A stretch of DNA of 64,000 bases from Scyliorhinus canicula (taxonomy: Eukaryota): contig NW_024055720.1 of the NCBI RefSeq assembly GCF_902713615.1, positions 62,001 to 126,000 of the forward strand, read 5' to 3'. This document shows, one piece after another, positions 1 through 12,640 of the stretch (within the stretch, counting starts at the first letter, position 1; each line of letters begins with the position of its first letter). The position numbers and the translations under genes are program-made. Below the pieces are notes generated by a model, which was not told the origin of the DNA, ran no database searches, and saw only the letters and a program-made list of their open reading frames with translations.

Positions 1-370
1 GCCTCTAGTCCTTCAGCCTTTCCTTGTAAGATCTTCCCTCCGTACCAGGAAACATCCTTGTAAATCTCCTCTGTACCATTTCCAATGCTTCCACATCCTT
101 CCTCTAATGTGGCGACCAGAACTGCACGCAATACTCCAAAGCCGGCCGCACCAGAGTTTTGTACAACTGCAACATGACCTCATGGCTCCGAAACTCAATT
201 CCTCTACCAAAAAAAGCTAACACACCATACGCCTTCTTGACAATCGTCTCAACCTGGGTTGCAACTTTCAGGGATCTATGGACATCGACACGGAGATCTT
301 TCTGCTCGTCCACATTGCCAAGAATCTTACCATTTGCCCAGTACTCTGTCTTCCTGTTATTCCTTCCAAA
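1..370 (-). mobile_element. CR1 LINE ORF2 (RT C-terminal) fragment
   Basis: Translation HRSLKVATQV...KKAYGVLAF...LYKTLVRPALEYCVQFWSPH. Confidence 0.9.
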
Positions 371-2279
371 ATGAATCAAATCAAGGATAGGTGGATTGGC
401 GATTCTAAAAGATTTTCCCTGAGTGTACAAAGGTTAAGTGGGGTTATGGGGATAGGATGGAGGAGGGGTCCTCAGTGGGGTGGCGTTTTGGAGGGCCGGT
501 GCAGACTTGATGGGCCGACTGGCCTCCTTGTGCACTGTCGGGATTCTATGATTCTATGATTCTATGATTCTTTGAAAAGACACGGATTCACAATAACTGG
601 GGCAGGGTTCTAATGTACTGGTTACTGTTACAGGGTAAATATTCATAATAACGGAGACAGGGTGTGCAGCAATGATTAATGGAGGGGAGTCCAGAATCAG
701 GGACACAGTCTAAGGATATAGATGAGGAGAAATTTATTGACCTAGAGTGGTGAGCCTATGGAATTCTCTACCACACAAAACAGTTGGGGCCAAAGCATTG
801 TATGTTTACTGGAAGGAATTATATATAGCGCTTGTGGCAATAGGGATCATATGATATGGAGGGAAAGCGAGAACAGTTTACTGAGTTGGATGATCAGCCA
901 CGATTAGAATGAATGAAAGAGCAAGTTCAAGGGGTCGAACGACCTATTCCTTCACCTATTGTCTATGCTTCTATACTTCTATTGTTCTATGTAATGCAAA
1001 AAAGCCTAAATTAGATATAATCTGAAACAGGATCTAGTACAGTAATTCCTGATACAGGGTCTAGATTAATATAAACCGAGACAAGGTCGAGCGCAGTGAT
1101 TTCTGATGGGGAGGGGGGGGGGCTGTTCAGTAATATGAATTTAGAGAGGGTTCTCGAGCACTAATTGCTGATAGAGCGTCGAGATTAATATAAAGTAAGA
1201 CAGATTCTAATGCCGTAATTATTGATGCAGGGTCTAGATTAACGAAAACTGAGATAAGGTCTAATGCAGTGATTACTGACTCAGGGTATACATTCGTACA
1301 AAGCGAGGCAGGGTCGATTGCAGGGACTGCCCAAGATTAATGTTAATCAATGTCGGGCCGAGTGTGATGTTCACCGTTACACGTTTGAGATTATATACAT
1401 TAAGACATATGTGTGTTTTTTTCTGAGTGTTAGTGTGTGTGGACATTTTCACACCAAATTCCTGCACAAATAATTCCTTTGTTTTATACACCAATTAATG
1501 GGACGGAGTATGGGGAACTTTACTATCCACATACCCTGCGTTTTTCCTGCTCTGCAAGTATATGATGGTCCGCCAAAAAGGAAGCTTTACTCTGTTCCTC
1601 ACATGCGCTTTACCTGTCCTTCACATGTTAGATGGCGGATGTTGTGGAGGCGGCTTTGCTCTGTACTGTACCTGTCCTTCGAGTATTTGAGGGGAGATTG
1701 TAAAGCGAAGTTTATTCAGTAACTAAATGTTTACTGTTGGGGCCCTGGGAGTATATAATGGGACAGGTTTTCGGAAGTTTTATTCTTTATCGAAGCCTGT
1801 GATGCATTTGCCGTGAGAGTGTTTGCTGGTTCAGTGTGCAGGAAGCTTTGCTCTGTATATAACCCCGTACTGTACCTGGCCTGCGAGAATTTGACGGAAT
1901 AGTTTAGACAAGCAGAGCGTTACTAAAGGTGTCCTTGGAATTCTGATGGGACACGAGGAATGGAAAGGTCTGGGACAAATATCTTAATGTCTGTGTCATA
2001 TTTGAAAACTGGGGGAAATTTATGCTCAGGTGATGAAAGGGGCAGTAGCAGAATGTGTACAACAGTGACTAAGGGACAGAATACAGTGTAGATGTTAACA
2101 ATTGTTTCAGATTGGGTGAGATACAGAGTGTTATTCTCCAGTGGGTAATATTAGCAGCACTGCTTTTTCTGTTATATATTAATAGACAGGACTCGGGACT
2201 CGGGTTCACAGGATATCAATTGAAAAGTTGCATTTGTCTCCCAAATTGACAATGTAGTAAACAGGGAAGAGGATTACAT

Positions 2280-2725
2280 ACATAGATACATAGAAGTTAG
2301 GAGCAGGAGGAGGCCTTTTAGCCCTTCGAGCCTGCTCCGCCATCTATCACGATCATGGCTGCTCATCCATCTCAATAGCCTAATCCAGCTTTCTCCCCAC
2401 AGCCTTTGATCCCATTCTCCCCAATTGCTATATCTAGCCGCCTCTTGAACATATTCAATGTTTTCGGATTAACTATTTCCTGTGGTAATGAATTCCACAG
2501 GCTCACTACTCTTTGGGTGAACGAATAACTCCTCATCTCTGTCCGAAATGAATACTGAATCCTCAGACTATGGCCTGGTCTGGACACACCCATCATCTGA
2601 AACATCTTCCCTGCATCTACACTGTCTAGTCCTGTTAGAATTTTATAAGTCTCTATTAGATCCCCGCTCATTCTTCTGAACTCCAGCGAGAACAATCCTT
2701 ACGTAGTCATTCTCTCCTCATATGA
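2280..2725 (-). mobile_element. CR1 LINE 3' end
   Basis: DLIETYKILTGLD...FTQRVVSLWNSLP plus the CR1 3'UTR hairpin and tail. Confidence 0.88.
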
Positions 2726-2879
2726 CAGTCCTGCCATCTCTGGTGTTGTAACAAGGATGTGTCCAGCCTGGCTACAACAGGTCGCTGACTTCTTCATGCA
2801 CACAGGCAGATAGGTGGCAGATAAAATTCAATGCTGAGAAGTGATGCATTAAAACTACATTTTTGAGGGGGGGGGGGGG

Positions 2880-5350
2880 TCGTTTGTATCAAAAATTAGA
2901 AAACCAAAGTTAAAAGAGAAGGTGAGAGTGCAGGTTAATTATTAGGATATTGACCGAGTAAAACGGGCCGAGGGCGCAGGGGAGGTTAGTAAAGTTTACA
3001 GAACACGCACTCGAGGAGGGAGTATGGAAAGTGGCAGGTATACAACTTCAGGCACAGCAGAAAAGTGGAGAACGATGAGAAGGGGTGGTCAACGCAGAGC
3101 TGCGGGTGTTGTACCTGAATGTGCGCAGTATATGGAACAAGGTAAATTAACATATTGCGCACATTGTAATTGGTCGGTACGATGTTATGGACATCACAGA
3201 GACGTGGCTGTGAGGGGATCAGGGCTCGAATCTAAATATCCAAGGATATGTGTCCTATCGAAAGGAAAGGCAGATGGGAAAAGAGGGCGGGGTTGCATTG
3301 TGAGTTAATGAAATTAACTCAACAGCAAGAAGCAGTTTAAGGTCAGAAGGCATAGGATCCCTGTGGGCAGAGTTGACGAATCGCAAAGGAAAAAAGACGC
3401 TGATGAGAGTTACTTACAGCCCCCTAGCCGTAGTGAGAATGTGGGGCACAAAATAAATCAGGAGATATAGAACAGTACAGCACAGAACAGGCCCTTCGGC
3501 CCTCGATGTTGTGCTGAGCAATGATCACCCTACTCAAACCCACGTATCCACCCTATACCCAACAACCCCCCCCCCCCTTAACCTTACATTTTTTTAGGAC
3601 ACTATGGGCAATTTAGCATAGCCAATCCGCCTAACCCGCACATCTTTTGGACTGTGGGAGGAAACCGGAGCACCTGGAGGAAACCCACGCACACACGGGG
3701 AGGACGCGCAGACTCCGCACAGACAGTGACCCAGCCGGGAATCGAACCTGGGACCCTGGAGCTGTGAAGCATTTATGCTAACCACCATGCTACCGTGCTG
3801 CCCCAAACGCATATAAGAGAGGCAATATTACAATAATCATGGGGGACTTCAATATTCAGGAGGGCAGGAAACGTTAGGTTGGTAGCAGATTCCAAGAAAT
3901 GGAATTTGTGGAATTTTGATGAGAAGTTTTTTGGAGCAGCTTGTGATAGAGGTCAGTCGAGAACAGGCAATTCTGCATTTGCTGATGTGTAATGAGCTAG
4001 ACATGAATAGGGAACGTAAGGTGAAGGAACCCTCACGGGGCAGTGACCACAATATGATAGAATTCATCCTGCAATTTGGAGGTAGAATCTGGAGTCAAAT
4101 GTAACGGTATTACAATTGAATAAAGGTAACTACAAAGATAAAGGGAGGAGCTGGCCAGAGTTGATGGGACGCAGGGAAGATAGTGGAACAGCCGTGGCAG
4201 GACGTTATGGGGATTATTCGCGAGGCACTACACAAATTAATCCCAAGGAGGAGGAACCATGCTAAGGGGAGGACAGGGCATCCATGGTTGACAAGGGAAG
4301 TCAAGGACAACATAAAAGCAAAGGAATAAGCAGACAATGTGGCGAATATGAATGGGATGCCAGAGTATACGGAAGCATTTAAAAGCTGATGTAATGTAAA
4401 AGCTAATAGAGATTTTTATTATTACTTTTGAACTGGGGGCACTGCTTCTACGTTTTCAGACGATGCAAAGATACGTAGAGGAATAGGTTGTGCTGAGGAA
4501 GCAGAGAGGCTGTAGAAAGACCTGGTCAGGCCAAGAGAGTGGGAAAAGAAGTAGCAGATAGAATACAATGTAGAAATGTTTGAGCTTCTACACTTTGGAG
4601 GAAACATAGAGTATTTTCTAATTGGGGTAGGGCTGAGGAAATCAGAAGCTCAAATGGACTTAGGAATTCTAGTTGAGGATTCTCTTAAGGTTAACTTGCA
4701 GGATCGGTTGGCAGCAAGGAAGGCAAATGCAATTTTAGCATTCATGTTGCGAGGGCTAGATTACAGGGCTAGACTCCATTTGAAATATTGTGAGCAGTTT
4801 TGCTCCCCTTTTCTAAGAAAGCCTTGGAGAAGCTCCAGAGAAGATTCACAAGACTAACCCTCGGAATGACGGACTTTTCATAAAAGGAGCGGTTGAGGGC
4901 TTTGGATCTGTTCTGGATAGAGTTTAGAAGGATGAAGTGCTGTTGGGGGGGGGGGGGGGAGGGGAAGCGGGGTAGGGGATTGGCTGGGAGGGGGAGCGTG
5001 GGGGGGGGGTCACATTGAAACTTACAGAACAGCGAGAGGCCTATTAGGTGAAACTAGAACCCGAGGGCACAGCCTCAGATTTAAGGGACGATCCTTCAAA
5101 ACTGAGAAGAGGAGCAATTTATTCAGCGAGAGGGTCTTGAATCTGTGGAACTCATTCCCGCAGAAGGTTGTGGAGGCCAAATCACTGAGTGTCTTTAAGA
5201 TATATATAGATAGGTTCTTGATTAATAAGGGGATCAGGGATTGTGGAGAGAAGGCAGGAGAATGGGGATTAGAAACATAAATCGTGATTGAATGCGGAGC
5301 AGACTCAATGGACTGAAAGGCTGGTGTCCGCTCCTATGTCTTATGATTTG
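2880..5350 (+). mobile_element. Degraded, internally deleted CR1 LINE with a nested V-SINE
   Basis: Endonuclease-region remnants (SDHNMIEF), RT C-terminal remnants and a 3' end. Many stops and frameshifts. Confidence 0.75.
3467..3804 (-). mobile_element. V-SINE / HE1-type SINE, young subfamily
   Basis: tRNA-like head, V-domain core and CR1-like tail. Nearly identical to 17344-17680, 43730-44090 and 55308-55652. Confidence 0.9.
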
Positions 5351-5796
5351 ATGGTAGGAAGACCATCTATGGATGGCTTGATTGCCGTCACAGATATGGT
5401 GGGTGGAAGGGCATCTTTCTATACTGTGAAACTCTCAGACTCCATGACTCTATGACAGGGTCTAAAGCAATGATCACTAATGCAGGGTGTAGATTAACCT
5501 AAATTGAGATTGGATCCCGTGCAGTGATGACTGATACAGGGTCTAGATTAACATAAACCGAGACAGGTTGTAGTGCAGCAATCACTGATACAAAGTTTGA
5601 TTAACCTTAAATGAGATAGCATCTAAAGCAGTGATTATTCATACAGTATCTAGAATATTATAAACTGAGGCAGGATCTATTGCAGTCATTCCTGCTCATA
5701 TGTGTAAACAGTTAATAGGCCAGACGATTAAAAACGTGGTCGACGAGGCCGGTTATGGGATGATTTTAATAAGGGAGTTGACGTAAAGAGAAGTAG

Positions 5797-6197
5797 TGTC
5801 GAATGGACTTTAGTTTGCGGATTAGTTGCCTGAATACTCTGTATTAATTTTAACAGGCTGCTCGACTATACCTCATGGAAACAGGCACTTGGCAAAGCAT
5901 GATGGATATTTAGCCTTATTTTTAGTCAAGAAGTTCTGTATGAAACAGTCAAAAAGGTCATACAGTGTAAACAAGCATACAGCTGCACACTGTTTTGCTG
6001 ACAACAGACAATTATTTTTTCTTAAGCGAGGGACTCAAGGCCTGTCCTAGATATTGCTTACTGTAACTTGCTTGCCTTACCTCTGCAAAGCGGGGACATT
6101 TGCAATGACTGTGGTCTATCTAATCCCCCCACGAACTTCGTGTTAAATAAAGACCTTTGGCGAAAACTCGAAGTGCTGACTATTAATTTCTTCAACA
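5797..6197 (+). mobile_element. Solo LTR (401 bp)
   Basis: Termini TGTCGAA...TTCAACA, 5-bp TSD AGTAG (5792-5796 / 6198-6202), AATAAA at 6146-6151. Empty site in the paralog at about 11541. Confidence 0.8.
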
Positions 6198-8001
6198 AGT
6201 AGGGAATGAATACCAGAGCTTAGGACAGAGACATATGAAGACATCGAAAAGTGAACCAAATAATTCAGAAGATAACATTACATCTTGATCGATTGGAGTT
6301 GCAAAAAATAAGAAAAATGTTTCATATGCGTACCTACACGAACGGTCAATACGTTTTTGCAGCGATTTTAGTTGATCTTCCTAACCAGATGAGTGTTGTA
6401 TGATTGGGTGGACATTTCTCCTATGAGTGCCCACCATTACCATCGTGGCAATACTGTGAGAACACGGTTATGTCTAACTCTGCCAGTGCATTAGGTGATG
6501 GGTTAATATATGTTTAAAATAAATTTAGAGTACCCAATTATTTTTTCCAGTTAAGGGGCAATTTAGCGTGGCCAATCCTCCTACCCTGCATGTCTTTGGG
6601 TTGTGGGGGTGAAACCCACGCAGACACGGGGAGAATGTGCAAAATCCACATGGATAGTGTCCCAGGCCCGGGATTCGAACAGGTGATTGGTTAATATAAA
6701 TCGAGGCATGAAAATAATCACCATCGTGAAAAAAAACTTTCCAATCGATAGAGTATAACACAAGAGTAAATTAATAATTTTGAACAAAACAGAGATTTCC
6801 TCTAAATTTTGGAAATTGCTGTGCACCGGTGTTCACATGTAGACATGTCTCCCAAGACCAGTTCATTCCTGGGATGTTGGTAAAATATTCAACTCAATAT
6901 TGCCCATATGATAGCAGAGCAAATACACATTTAATACAACTACTTATAGATATTAACAGGAATTAACATAATCTCAAAATCAACGATGATTGTACTTGGA
7001 GAAACAAGCAAACATGTACAATCATTGAAAATATCGAGAGACAACAGGAACATGGTCCGGTGTAATATCAACAGAGACAGGCCCTGGTGTGATGTAAAGA
7101 AACAAATTCCTGTGGAATATAATGGAGACGGAATTTAATGTAATATAATCCTATGCATATTCTAGCATATTATTAACTGAGTGTAGCACAAACAGTAGTG
7201 TAGTATAGACAGGGACAGGGATTACTTTAATAGAAATAAAGACAGGGTCTCATGTAACATCAGAATAAACAGATTTGATGTAATACAGTGCATAGAAAAT
7301 AGAGCAGGAGTGGACCATTCTGCCCTTCGAGCCTGCACCGCTATTCATTCTGATCATGGCTGATCATCCACCTAAATAACCTGTTCCCATTATCCCCCAT
7401 ATCATTTGGTTCCGTCAGAGTTTTGATCCCCAAGCGCTTTATCTAACTCCTTCTTGAAAACATACAATACTTTGGAGTCAACTTCGCTCTGTGATAGAGA
7501 ATTCCACAGGTTCACAACTCCCAGGGTGAAGATATTACTCCTTATCTCAGTTTTAAATGGTTTAAACCGTATCCTTAGACTGTGACCCCTGGTTCTACCT
7601 TCCCCGCCATCGGACACATCCTTTCTGCATCCGCCCTGTCTCGTCCTGTTACAATTTGATCGGTTTATAATCAGAGGGTGGATTTAATATTTCATAAATT
7701 AGTGTCTTCTGTTTTCTGACCCTCCTGCCAGTGAATCAAGTTTCTTCCTAATTAATCAAACAAAACCCTTCATAATTTTGACCATTTTTACACGCATCCC
7801 ATAACCTGCTCGATTCTAAGGAAAACAATCCAAGCTTCCAACCGCTCTGACCGTGCAGCTCATACAGTGTGAAGACCCAGTTGTATATATTTTTATGCCT
7901 TGCTTGTATTCAGATGCTATTCTTCGAATTACTGACATTTTATATGGAGCCAGTGGAATTCCCATTCACCAATACCATCGTGTTAGAATAAGATGTAAGA
8001 C

Positions 8002-8224
8002 GGGGGCAGCACGGTGGTGCAGTTGTTAGCACTGCTGCCTCACGGCGCCGAGGTCCCAGGTTCGATCCCGGCTTTGGGTCACTGAGCGTGTGGAGTTTGC
8101 ACGTTCTCCCCGTGTCTGCGTGGGTTTCGCCCCCACAACCCAAAGATGTGCAGCGTAGGTGGATTGGCCACGCTAAATTGCCCCTTAATTGGGAAAAAAT
8201 AATTGGGTACTCTAAATTTATAAA
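8002..8224 (+). mobile_element. V-SINE (short form)
   Basis: GGGGCAGCACGGTGG head and V core. Absent from the paralog at about 13620. Confidence 0.85.
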
Positions 8225-10492
8225 AGAATAAGTCACAAGACTAATAAAAGACTAGCCTCTGAAAATTAAATTGACCCATGTGAGGCTGGACCCAGAATTA
8301 GAACTTTAGATACACTGAGCAATATCTCAGAATGTAATGTCAAAATGCAAAGCATGATAGGTCTTGTTTCATGCGAATCAATATCACCTCTCACGACAGC
8401 CTGTGATCCAATGCAGGAGTATTTTATCTTTCAGTTGTTCCATCTTTTAGATGTGATTTTATTACAGCCTTAGGGCTGCTTCACAATATTGTTGCTGGAC
8501 TGGTAATCTGGAGGACTGGACTATTACTCCAGAGGCAGTACAAATTCCACCAGGGCATTTTGCAATGATGTGAGCAGTTTTGGTCTCCTTACCTAAGGAT
8601 AGATATTTTGGAGGCCGTCCAGAGAAGGTACATGGGTCGAATGGCCAACTTCTGTTCCTACATCTTATGGTTTTATAATTGAATGAATTACTAAATTAGC
8701 AATAAAAATCGTCGTGTCATTCATAATACTCATGAAGCTCTTGAAATTTCCCAAATCTCAGCAGGTTCACCAATGTCCTTCAGGAAAATAAATCTTCCCG
8801 CCTTCCTCTGTCTAGCCTATATGTAATTAGTTCAGCAATGATGTGGTTGACGCTTAACTACCTCTGATATTACCGAGCAAGCCAGTCAGTCGAAGAGAAT
8901 CAGCTACATAAAGTCAAATGTGAATTCAACTGTGCAAAGTGCACCTTATCTAAAAGGTGGTTCTCATCCGGCTTCACAGGATGGACAGTTAATGCTGACT
9001 TTGTCAGTGAGGGTCATAGGCCGGGAATGAATGTTAAAAATAGTGCAAAGTGCTGCAGAATCCGGAAATCTAAAACAAAAACAAAATAAAAAAGGCTGCT
9101 CAGCAGGTCAGTGAGCATCAGCAGAGAGAGAAACAGATTCACATTTCTAGTGGATTGCCTCATTTACATAATGCTAAAGAGTAGAGCTGATTTTCCCAGT
9201 ATCCTCGACCAATGTCCGTTCTTGAACATAAATCACAGATTGGTTGGTCACTGATCACATTTCAGGTTGTGGGATCTTGCTGTGCACAAATTCCCTGCTA
9301 TGTCTCCAACATTACAGCAGTGACTAAATTCAGCAAAAATATATCAGTGAGTTTTCAGGGCGTTGGGATGACCTGAGGTCGGGTAAAGCGTTTCACAAAA
9401 GCAAGCTCTTTCCAAATGCTAACATTTTAAAATGCAGGTTGTAAGATTTTGAAAGATCTGAGATTAATGTGACTATAGATCACTCCTCTGCCTGATGTTT
9501 TAATTTATCTACTTTAAATCGGTTAATATTTCAATCAAATTAGCATTCAGTGGAATAACAGCCTGGTTAAAGATGCTTTATTAATTGAGACATCAGAACT
9601 TTCAGAATTAATACTTAATTCAACTGTGTTCTTTAATTCAATTAAGTAACATCTGTTCTAATGGAGGGTTCTATACATTTTAATAGACTGTTAATAGTTT
9701 TAAAATAACCGGCTATTTTGAGTTGAAACTAATCAATAAGTGGCTGTGTTTATCTCGTTTTGCTGACATTGTGCCAGTGAGGTGTTTATGTAAATAAACA
9801 CAGAAATAGAAGGCCCAGTTTAGATTGCAGACTGACAAAAACAAAACAACTATTTCCCTGCCAACACAGCACAGAAATAGAGATGAAGATGTAAATAGAT
9901 TAACGGATTCAAGCAGTAATTGTTTTTGGACATTTATTTCTTCATCAGTTATATTAGAAAAATGTCATCATGATATCTATGTTCAGAATGAGGAAAGTTT
10001 CCCTTTAATCTCGAATATTATGACATGCCAAATGTGTTCGTAGAGTTTTCATGTATCTGATATCTGTGTCTTTCTCCCAATTGGTTCTGTCTCATGCCTC
10101 TCCACGATGGGTCATTGTCTGTAATCGACAAATTGAAGTCAACATGTGCCCAATATATTTTCTCAGCCCGATCACACCCCATTGGCTTCCAACTAAATGG
10201 ATCGAATCCAATGAATTGGAATACATAGAGAGAGTTTTCTTCTAAAATGTGGTTAGAGCATTCAATTACCTTGTTGTGTTTAATCAGAACTGTAGAGAAA
10301 ATTTTACTCTGTATCTAACCTGAGCTGCACAGAGTGGTGAGGATTTGATGTGGCAGTGCCGAATGATCTTTCCCTATATATAACCAGTCTGAGAGACATA
10401 GATAGTTTCTTGATTAATAAGGGGATCAGGGGTATGGGGAGATAACAGGAGATGGGCGATTAGAAACATAACAGTCATGATTGAATGAGGAG

Positions 10493-10711
10493 GGGCAGCA
10501 CGGTGGCGCAGTGGTTAGCATAGCTGCCTCACAGTGCCGAGGTCGATCCTGTCCCTGGGTCACTGCCCGTGTGGAGTTTGCACATTCTCCCCGTGTTTGC
10601 ATGGGTTTCGCCGCCACAACCCAAAAGATGTGCAGGGTAGGTGGATTGGCCACGCTAAGTTGCCCCTTCATTGGAAAAAATGAATTGCTGACTCTAAATT
10701 TATTTTTTAAA
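10493..10711 (+). mobile_element. V-SINE with 16-bp TSD
   Basis: ATGATTGAATGAGGAG at 10477-10492 and 10712-10727. Confidence 0.88.
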
Positions 10712-11829
10712 ATGATTGAATGAGGAGCATACTCGATGGGCCTAATGGTCTAGTTCTGCTCATGTGTCTTATGGTTTTATGGTATGAAGACCATCTGTGG
10801 ACGATCTTAGAATAGATAGGTGCTTGATTGCCATCGCCGATACGATGGATGGAAGGGCGTCATTCTGTATTGTAAACCTCTAAGACTCCATGGCTCTATG
10901 ACATGGTCTAAAACGATTATCACTCATACAGGGTGGAGATTAACCTAAACTAATCCAAAAACCTTTATTGCCACAAGTAGGCTTACATTAACACTGCAAT
11001 TAAGCTACTGTCAAAAGCTACTCGTCGCAGCATTCAGGCGCCTGTTCGGGTACACAGAGGGAGAACTCAGAAAGTCAAAGTTACCTAACAGCACGTCATT
11101 CGGGGCACGTGGGAGGAAACCATAACACCAGGAGGAAACCCATACAGAACACAGGGAGAACGTGCCGACTCCGTACAGTGACCCAAGTCAGGAATCAAAC
11201 CTGGGACCACGGCGCTGTGAAGCAACAGTGCCACTGAGATTGGATCTAGTGCAGTGATTACTGATACAGAGTCCACACTAACATAAACCGAGACAGGTTC
11301 TAGTGCGGAAATTACTGATACAAAGTTTGATTCACCTTAAATGATATAGGACGTCGAGCAGTGACCATTGATTCAGAGTCTGGAATAGTCTAAATTGAGG
11401 TAGGGTCTATTTCGGTCATTCCTGCTGCAGGGTCTGGATTAATATATGTCTAAAGAGTTATTAGGTCAGATGATTGAAAGCTTGGTCGACGAGGCAAGTT
11501 ATATGGGATGATTTTTATTAAGGGAATTGAGGTAAAGAGGAGTGTGGAATGCGTACCAGAGCTCAGGGCCGAGATGCATGAAGACATGGCAAAGTGAAAC
11601 AATTAATTCCGAAGATAGCATTACGTCTTGATTGATTACTGTTGCAAACATTTCGAACAATGTTTTTTCCACACCGACACGAACGGTCAATACGTTTTTG
11701 CAGTGATTTCAATTGCTCTCCTTAACCAGATGAGAGTCTATGATTGTTCAGATATTTATCCTGTAGGTGCCAATCTGGCGATACGCGAGACACGGTTCTG
11801 TCTAACACTGCCAGTGCATCAGGTTCTGA

Positions 11830-12640
11830 CGATCCACTCTGCCTATGCTCCTCATAATTTTGTAGACCTCTATCAGGTCGCCGCTCAACCTCCGTCGTTC
11901 CAGTCAGAACAAACCAAGTTTATTCAACCTCTTCTCGTAGCTAATGCCCTCCATACCAGGCAACATTCCGGTAAACCTCTTCTGCACCCTCTCAAACGCC
12001 TCCACATCCTTCTGGTAGTGTGGCGACCAGAATTGAACACTATACTCCAAGTGTGGCCTAACTAAGGTTCTATACAGCTGCAACATGACTTGCCAATTTT
12101 TAAGCACTATTCTCCGACCAATGAAGGCAAGCATGCCGTATGCTTTTTTGACTACCTTCTCCACCTGTATTGCCCCTTTCAGTGACCTGTGGACGTGTAC
12201 ACCTAGGTCTCTCTGACTGTCAATACTCTTGAGGGTTCTACCATTCAATGTATATTTTCCACCTGTATTAGACCTTTCATAATGCATGACCTCACATTTG
12301 TCCGGATTAAACTCCATCTGCCATCTCTCCACCCAAGTCTCCAAACGATCTAAATCCTGCTATGTCCTCTGACAGTCCTCATCGCTATCTGCAATTCCAC
12401 CAACCTTTGTGTGAGAGAGATTCATTGGACTCGAAACGTCAGCACTTTTCTCTCCCTACAGATGCTGCCAGACCTGCTGAAATTTTCCAACATTTTCTCT
12501 TTCGCCCTACCAACCTTTGTGTCGTCCGTAAACTTACTAATCAGATCAGTTCCATTTTCCTCAAAATAATTTATATATTCTACCAACATCAAAGGTCCCA
12601 CCACTGGTCCCTGCGGAACACCACGAGTCACAACAAGCAA
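11830..12640 (-). mobile_element. CR1 LINE RT fragment with a nested ~100-bp insertion (about 12413-12509) resembling a Penelope-like terminal repeat
   Basis: ORF 11904-12344 is CR1 RT. The insert contains GATGCTGCCAGACCTGCTG and is flanked by duplicated CCAACCTTTGTGT. Confidence 0.8.

Larger units (their letters stand above)
5200..10390. repeat. Segmental duplication copy 1
   Basis: Colinear with about 10390-16510 (e.g. GGTCGACGAGG 5738/11484; CAGCAGGTCAGTGAGCATCAG 9100/15100) once TE insertions are removed. Confidence 0.88.

Noticed and set aside
3467-3804. tRNA-like A/B boxes here and in the many similar copies
   Set aside because: These are SINE heads, not tRNA genes: no complete cloverleaf, and they are joined to a V-domain core and LINE tail.
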